Source: Dehalococcoidia bacterium (GTDB taxonomy: Bacteria; Chloroflexota; Dehalococcoidia; Lucifugimonadales; UBA2985). From it: a DNA stretch of 61,432 nt. The stretch's first letter is position 1. Each line of letters starts with the position of its first letter. Location: positions 1 to 61,432 of the forward strand of contig CAUZMC010000004.1 of assembly GCA_963580875.1 (NCBI GenBank), read 5' to 3'. Below are positions 57,740 to 61,432 of the stretch, in pieces. The notes under the pieces were generated by a model that saw nothing but the letters and a program-made list of their open reading frames with translations, had not been told where the DNA came from and ran no database searches. Both the position numbers and the translations under genes were made by a program.

Positions 57740-58137
57740 ATGTCATCTGTTGCAGATATCTTGAAGGTGATGCGGGCAAAGCATGATGACCTTAATGCCA
57801 GGATTGCAAAGGTGCCTGAGAACCGCATGGTGGATGTGGGGCCATGGGGTCGGCAGATGCCAATTCGGACTATGTTCTATTAATGAATCATGAGGTTGAA
57901 CATACTGTGCATGAGTTGAAGACTCTTCGTGCCCTTGACATTGTCACAACTGAAGCTCAGCTTATTATGGGGAGACTGCAGGAGGCACGCGGGCAGTTAG
58001 AGGGGTTGCTGGTTGGTCTTTCAGATGAAGATCTGGATAAAGCTCCAGATGGTGAATGGTCTATGCGTCAGGTGCAGGAGCATTTTATGGAGACGGAAGG
58101 CGACTACGTAAATATAATTGAACAGGCTCTGGCGTAA
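57740..58137 (+). pseudogene. DinB-like helical-bundle gene, apparently frameshifted
   Basis: ORF 57740-57883 (MSSVADILKVMRAKHDDLNARIAKVPENRMVDVGPWGRQMPIRTMFY*) continues in another frame as LLMNHEVEHTVHEL..., then ...LSDEDLDKAPDGEWSMRQVQEH (track ORF 57844-58137). The family assignment is tentative. Confidence 0.3.
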
Positions 58138-58172
58138 TCTTAGATTTAGCCCTATGAACATGGCAAGATAAA

Positions 58173-58379
58173 ATGGCCGAAAGACCGGATCTGACATACG
58201 AGGTGTTCATAACCATGGCCAAACAGCAGGGGTTTGAAATGGACATGCCTCATCTTGAGGAGCTATTTCCGGAGGTGAAGACCATGGTCCAGCGCATGAA
58301 ATTGCTTGACCACGTGGACACTGTCGGCATCCAGCCTGGCTCAAATTCCATTCCTACTGATACAGTTGCAATGGGATAG
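58173..58379 (+). CDS. small AtzG/GatC-like amidase partner protein
   Basis: 68-aa ORF ending 2 nt before the amidase start. Size and position resemble the small subunits that pair with AtzE/GatA-like amidases. Sequence similarity is judged from memory only. Confidence 0.45.
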   Translation: MAERPDLTYEVFITMAKQQGFEMDMPHLEELFPEVKTMVQRMKLLDHVDTVGIQPGSNSIPTDTVAMG

Positions 58380-58381
58380 AC

Positions 58382-59794
58382 ATGCCAAACGAGGATCTGA
58401 CTCAACTTTCCGTGTCGCAGTTGGGGCACAGTATTGAGAGCGGTGACGTTTCCCCAGTGGATGTGGCGGAGGCTTTTCTTAGTAGAATCAATGCTTTGGA
58501 ACCCCAGCTAAACGCCTTTATCACCCGCGTGGATGAATATGCCATGCAGGCTGCCAGAGAAACTGAGAAAGAGATTCTACGGGATGGCTATAAGGGGCCG
58601 TTCCACGGTATTCCCATTGGTCTTAAGGATTTGTTTTGGACAAAGGGCATTCGCACCACGTCAGGCTCGGCGATAGATGGTGCTTTTGTTCCCACAGAGG
58701 ACTCGGCGGTGGCTTCACGAATGAAAGCCGCAGGTGCCTACTTTATTGGTAAACTCCATATGACGGAGTTCGCCTTCGATGGTACAAGTCTCAACCTACA
58801 CTACGGCCCTGCTCGCAATCCGTGGGACTTAACGCGGATGGCCGGTGGCTCCAGCAGTGGGCCAGGTGTGGCGGTGGCTAGCGGACAGGTACCGATTGCC
58901 ATTGGAACTGACACCGGCGGCTCGGTGCGAGTGCCTGCTGCGCTGTGCGGCATTACAGGTCTCAAACCAACCTTTGGTCTCATCAGCAGATATGGTGTTA
59001 CTCCGCTAGCATGGTCTATGGACCATGTTGGCCCCATGACTAGAACTGTGCGTGATGCGGCCTTAGCCTTGAATATGCTGGCAGGCTATGACTCTCGCGA
59101 CCCTGACTCAGTTAAAATGCAACCGCAGAACTATTTAGAAGGGATGGACCGCGGCATTCAGAAAATACGCATAGGTGTGCCATCGGACTTCATCTGGGAT
59201 GTGATGGATTCTGATGTAGAGAAGGCATTTCGTGCGGCGATGGTGCATATGGAGTCTTTGGGGTCGTATATTCGTGAGCTTTCTACACCAGACTTGGGAC
59301 TGATCAACTCTGCTGGTAGCGTCGTACAGACTTCTGAAGCAGGCATAATCTATCGCTCGCGTGTGCTCAACAAGGGCCAACACTTTGACCCTGTTATACG
59401 CCGCCGCATTGAGAGTGGGCTATTCATACCTGCTGAGGCATATCTCCACGCGCAGCAGGTGCGTGCCAAGCTCAAAGGGTTGTTGTTGGAAACACTGGAA
59501 GAAGTGGATATACTGGCTACGCCCACTACTGCCATTGCCGCGCCTGAGATAGATCAAGAGCGGGCAGTCATACATGGTCAGGATGTCCCAATCAGGGAGG
59601 CACTGTTGCGTATCACGCGAGTCTTCAGTACGGTGGGGTTGCCGGCAATATCGGTGCCATGCGGGTTTACTGAAGGTGGGCTACCAGTTGGGCTACAACT
59701 GGTTGGGAAACCCTTCTCAGAGAGTCTTTTGTTGCGTGTGGCCCAAGCGTATCAGGAGTCTACAGATTGGCATCTTCGCCGCCCGGAGATGTGA
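58382..59794 (+). CDS. amidase-signature family amidohydrolase (GatA/AtzE-like)
   Basis: 470 aa, GIPIGLKD, catalytic GGSSSG, GTDTGGSVR motifs. Confidence 0.92.
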   Translation: MPNEDLTQLSVSQLGHSIESGDVSPVDVAEAFLSRINALEPQLNAFITRVDEYAMQAARETEKEILRDGYKGPFHGIPIGLKDLFWTKGIRTTSGSAIDGAFVPTEDSAVASRMKAAGAYFIGKLHMTEFAFDGTSLNLHYGPARNPWDLTRMAGGSSSGPGVAVASGQVPIAIGTDTGGSVRVPAALCGITGLKPTFGLISRYGVTPLAWSMDHVGPMTRTVRDAALALNMLAGYDSRDPDSVKMQPQNYLEGMDRGIQKIRIGVPSDFIWDVMDSDVEKAFRAAMVHMESLGSYIRELSTPDLGLINSAGSVVQTSEAGIIYRSRVLNKGQHFDPVIRRRIESGLFIPAEAYLHAQQVRAKLKGLLLETLEEVDILATPTTAIAAPEIDQERAVIHGQDVPIREALLRITRVFSTVGLPAISVPCGFTEGGLPVGLQLVGKPFSESLLLRVAQAYQESTDWHLRRPEM

Positions 59795-59848
59795 TGTTGC
59801 TTTATGAATCTGTAGCCTATTTGCGGTGCGTGACCAGCTTCAGCCTGT

Positions 59849-60127
59849 CTATTTATCAGCGTGGCCCAATGACCGACCTGGAGCCACTTCATCGCGGACA
59901 CGCTGTTTGAGCTCTTTTGGTTCCGGGAACCGCCCCTCTTCCTTGAGCGACCACACCATATTGCCATTGGCTCTCACCTCGAATATGCCACCGCTGGATG
60001 GTATGAGAGCTATCTCTCCTATCTCCATCTGGAAGGTATTGAGCAATTCCTGAGCTACCCAGGTCGCCCTGAGCATCCAGTGGCACTGGGTGCAGTATGT
60101 TATTTCTACACGTGATTTAGATGGCAT
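59849..60127 (-). CDS. Rdx family (SelW/SelT/SelH-like) thioredoxin-fold protein, Cys form
   Basis: 92 aa, VEITYCTQCHW (CxxC encoded by TGC...TGC) and the typical Rdx beta-alpha-beta N-terminus. Confidence 0.8.
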   Translation of the reverse strand: MPSKSRVEITYCTQCHWMLRATWVAQELLNTFQMEIGEIALIPSSGGIFEVRANGNMVWSLKEEGRFPEPKELKQRVRDEVAPGRSLGHADK

Positions 60128-60198
60128 GCTTGTTCATCCGGAAAATCCTTGGTTGAAATTGTAGCAGATTAAATCTGGGGTGAACAACGTGGAGAGAG

Positions 60199-60990
60199 TT
60201 ATGGGATGTCCATACGGCGTAGACGGCGCACAGTCAATAAGAAGAACACTGTAGTTGTTACGGCTGCGCCCACCAGCCCGGCTGGAAACTCGATGACTCT
60301 TTCTCCCAGAGGCTCGAAACTTTTGCTGTCTAATCCATGCAGTATGGATAGGGTGTAGCCTCGCACGCTGAGGTAACGTACTCCTCCTAGAAAGCTGCTG
60401 ATTAGTCCCTCCCAAAGGAAAACGTAGACGAGTGCGAAGGCGATGGCACGGGTGCTAACTAGGCCAGCCCAAGTGAAAATGGCTGCATATGTGATCACTC
60501 CTGCAAATAGAGCCAGTCCAACGGCTATCGCTGCTTGAAAGTTATCGTCTAATACCAGCAACACTGCTCCAAAGCTGCTGGCCCCTAATAGCGTTGCCAC
60601 AACTCCACTGGCTATCAATACAAGTCCGCCGACAATGATTGATGCCATCAACTTGGGTAGTACGATAAGCCAGCGAGATATCGGCTTCATTACAATATAA
60701 CTCAATGTGCGGTCTTCAAGCTCGTTTCCAAAGGACGCGGTGGCCAATACCATGGTCACAATCGGCAGTATCCCTGCTATGAGAAGGCCATCCAACAGTG
60801 TGCTGATGAACTCTCCGTTTGAGGTGGAATCTTCGTTTAATGTGACTGAAACGAGAGCGGCCATCCCTATCGGCAATAGCGCCATTAGCAGGATGAGTAT
60901 GAGCTTAGAACGGCTGGTCAGTTGGCGCACCGAAATTTTGAGCAGTACCAACATCTTAGCGCTCCACCAGATAGCTGAAAACGCTCTCAA
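60199..60990 (-). CDS. ABC-2 type transporter permease
   Basis: 263 aa, six hydrophobic helices. Overlaps the upstream ATPase gene by 35 nt. Confidence 0.75.
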   Translation of the reverse strand: MRAFSAIWWSAKMLVLLKISVRQLTSRSKLILILLMALLPIGMAALVSVTLNEDSTSNGEFISTLLDGLLIAGILPIVTMVLATASFGNELEDRTLSYIVMKPISRWLIVLPKLMASIIVGGLVLIASGVVATLLGASSFGAVLLVLDDNFQAAIAVGLALFAGVITYAAIFTWAGLVSTRAIAFALVYVFLWEGLISSFLGGVRYLSVRGYTLSILHGLDSKSFEPLGERVIEFPAGLVGAAVTTTVFFLLTVRRLRRMDIP

Positions 60991-61432
60991 GAGATTCGTC
61001 TAATGGCTCTACGCGCAAGAGACGTATGTGTTGCTCTTGGGCCAGTCTCGGGACAGATCGCTGAAGATCGGATAAGTTGCGAGTTATCATTTCCACGGCA
61101 CCCTCGGCGTCTAAGGATACAGAGTCAACGGCCTCCAAACGCACCAGAGCAGCGGCCATCGCTCGTGAGTCGCTGCAGACTATGCGCACTTTGTAGGGTC
61201 TCTCGTCCAACTTGGCGCGTATGGCGCGGAAATCTCCGGACGCTGCCAGCTTGCCGCCGACTATCAACAGTATGCTTCCAGCCAGCAGCTCCACTTCTTC
61301 TAAGATGTGTGAAGAGATCAATATGGTACGTCCCTCGCTGGCAAGTTTCCGCATGAGATTTTGGAACTCAATGCGCTGGCGAGGATCGGTGCCGTTGAGT
61401 GGTTCATCTAACAGTAACACTTCAGGATCGTG
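60956..61432 (-). CDS. ABC transporter ATP-binding protein (5-prime end beyond the window)
   Basis: The frame is open to the window edge (HDPEVLLLDEPLNGTDP Walker B/D-loop, SSH H-loop). Confidence 0.88.
   Translation of the reverse strand, partial: HDPEVLLLDEPLNGTDPRQRIEFQNLMRKLASEGRTILISSHILEEVELLAGSILLIVGGKLAASGDFRAIRAKLDERPYKVRIVCSDSRAMAAALVRLEAVDSVSLDAEGAVEMITRNLSDLQRSVPRLAQEQHIRLLRVEPLDESLESVFSYLVER

Noticed and set aside
1-61432. CRISPR arrays, transposase/IS elements, toxin-antitoxin pairs, and restriction-modification or other defence systems.
   Set aside because: No regularly spaced short repeats, no transposase-like ORFs and no defence-type domain combinations were found. Essentially every ORF over 100 aa is accounted for by housekeeping or metabolic families or by antisense shadows.

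Overview
This 61.4-kb window looks like core bacterial chromosome. No CRISPR array, intact mobile element or recognisable defence locus was found.

**Main content**
- The centre (15.3-35.6 kb, + strand) is one continuous translation supercluster. It runs rpsL-rpsG-fusA, then S10/spc/alpha-type ribosomal protein genes with secY, adk, map, infA, rpmJ and rpoA, then truA-rplM-rpsI.
- There is no tuf between fusA and rpsJ.
- Flanking genes are housekeeping:
  - yceD-rpmF and fabD-nusB-acpP
  - gatB-secG, cysS and ispDF
  - tRNA-Pro(UGG)
  - recG-yloV and rpmB
  - trmI
  - dnaJ-prmA-rsmE and queF
  - a type-A RNase P RNA (rnpB) followed by birA
- The rest is a scatter of metabolic and transport genes: MFS transporters, CoA-transferase, XdhC/MocA-like proteins, an amidase with a small partner, an ornithine-cyclodeaminase family protein and an ABC-2 transporter.
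- Gene order, zinc-ribbon forms of small r-proteins and the missing tuf are compatible with a Chloroflexota/Dehalococcoidia-like or similar lineage. I cannot verify that without a database search.

**Most noteworthy observations**
1. A peroxiredoxin gene has a single in-frame TGA exactly at the peroxidatic-Cys position. It is likely a selenoprotein that ORF callers truncate.
2. A large-serine-recombinase homologue appears to have degenerate catalytic motifs. It sits in an operon-like position between a COG1579 zinc-ribbon gene and rnpB.
3. The core region carries an unusual number of decayed genes: a frameshifted DUF62 gene, and DUF763, DHFR-like, NfeD-like, rhodanese and DinB-like remnants. 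The rhodanese remnant also has TGA at the catalytic-Cys position.
4. There is a 96-nt-period in-frame duplication at the L24/L5 junction, and many translation proteins carry acidic terminal extensions.
5. Two long perfect inverted repeats lie in promoter regions, upstream of the str operon and of dnaJ.

All functional calls rest on motif recognition by eye. No searches or folding programs were run.
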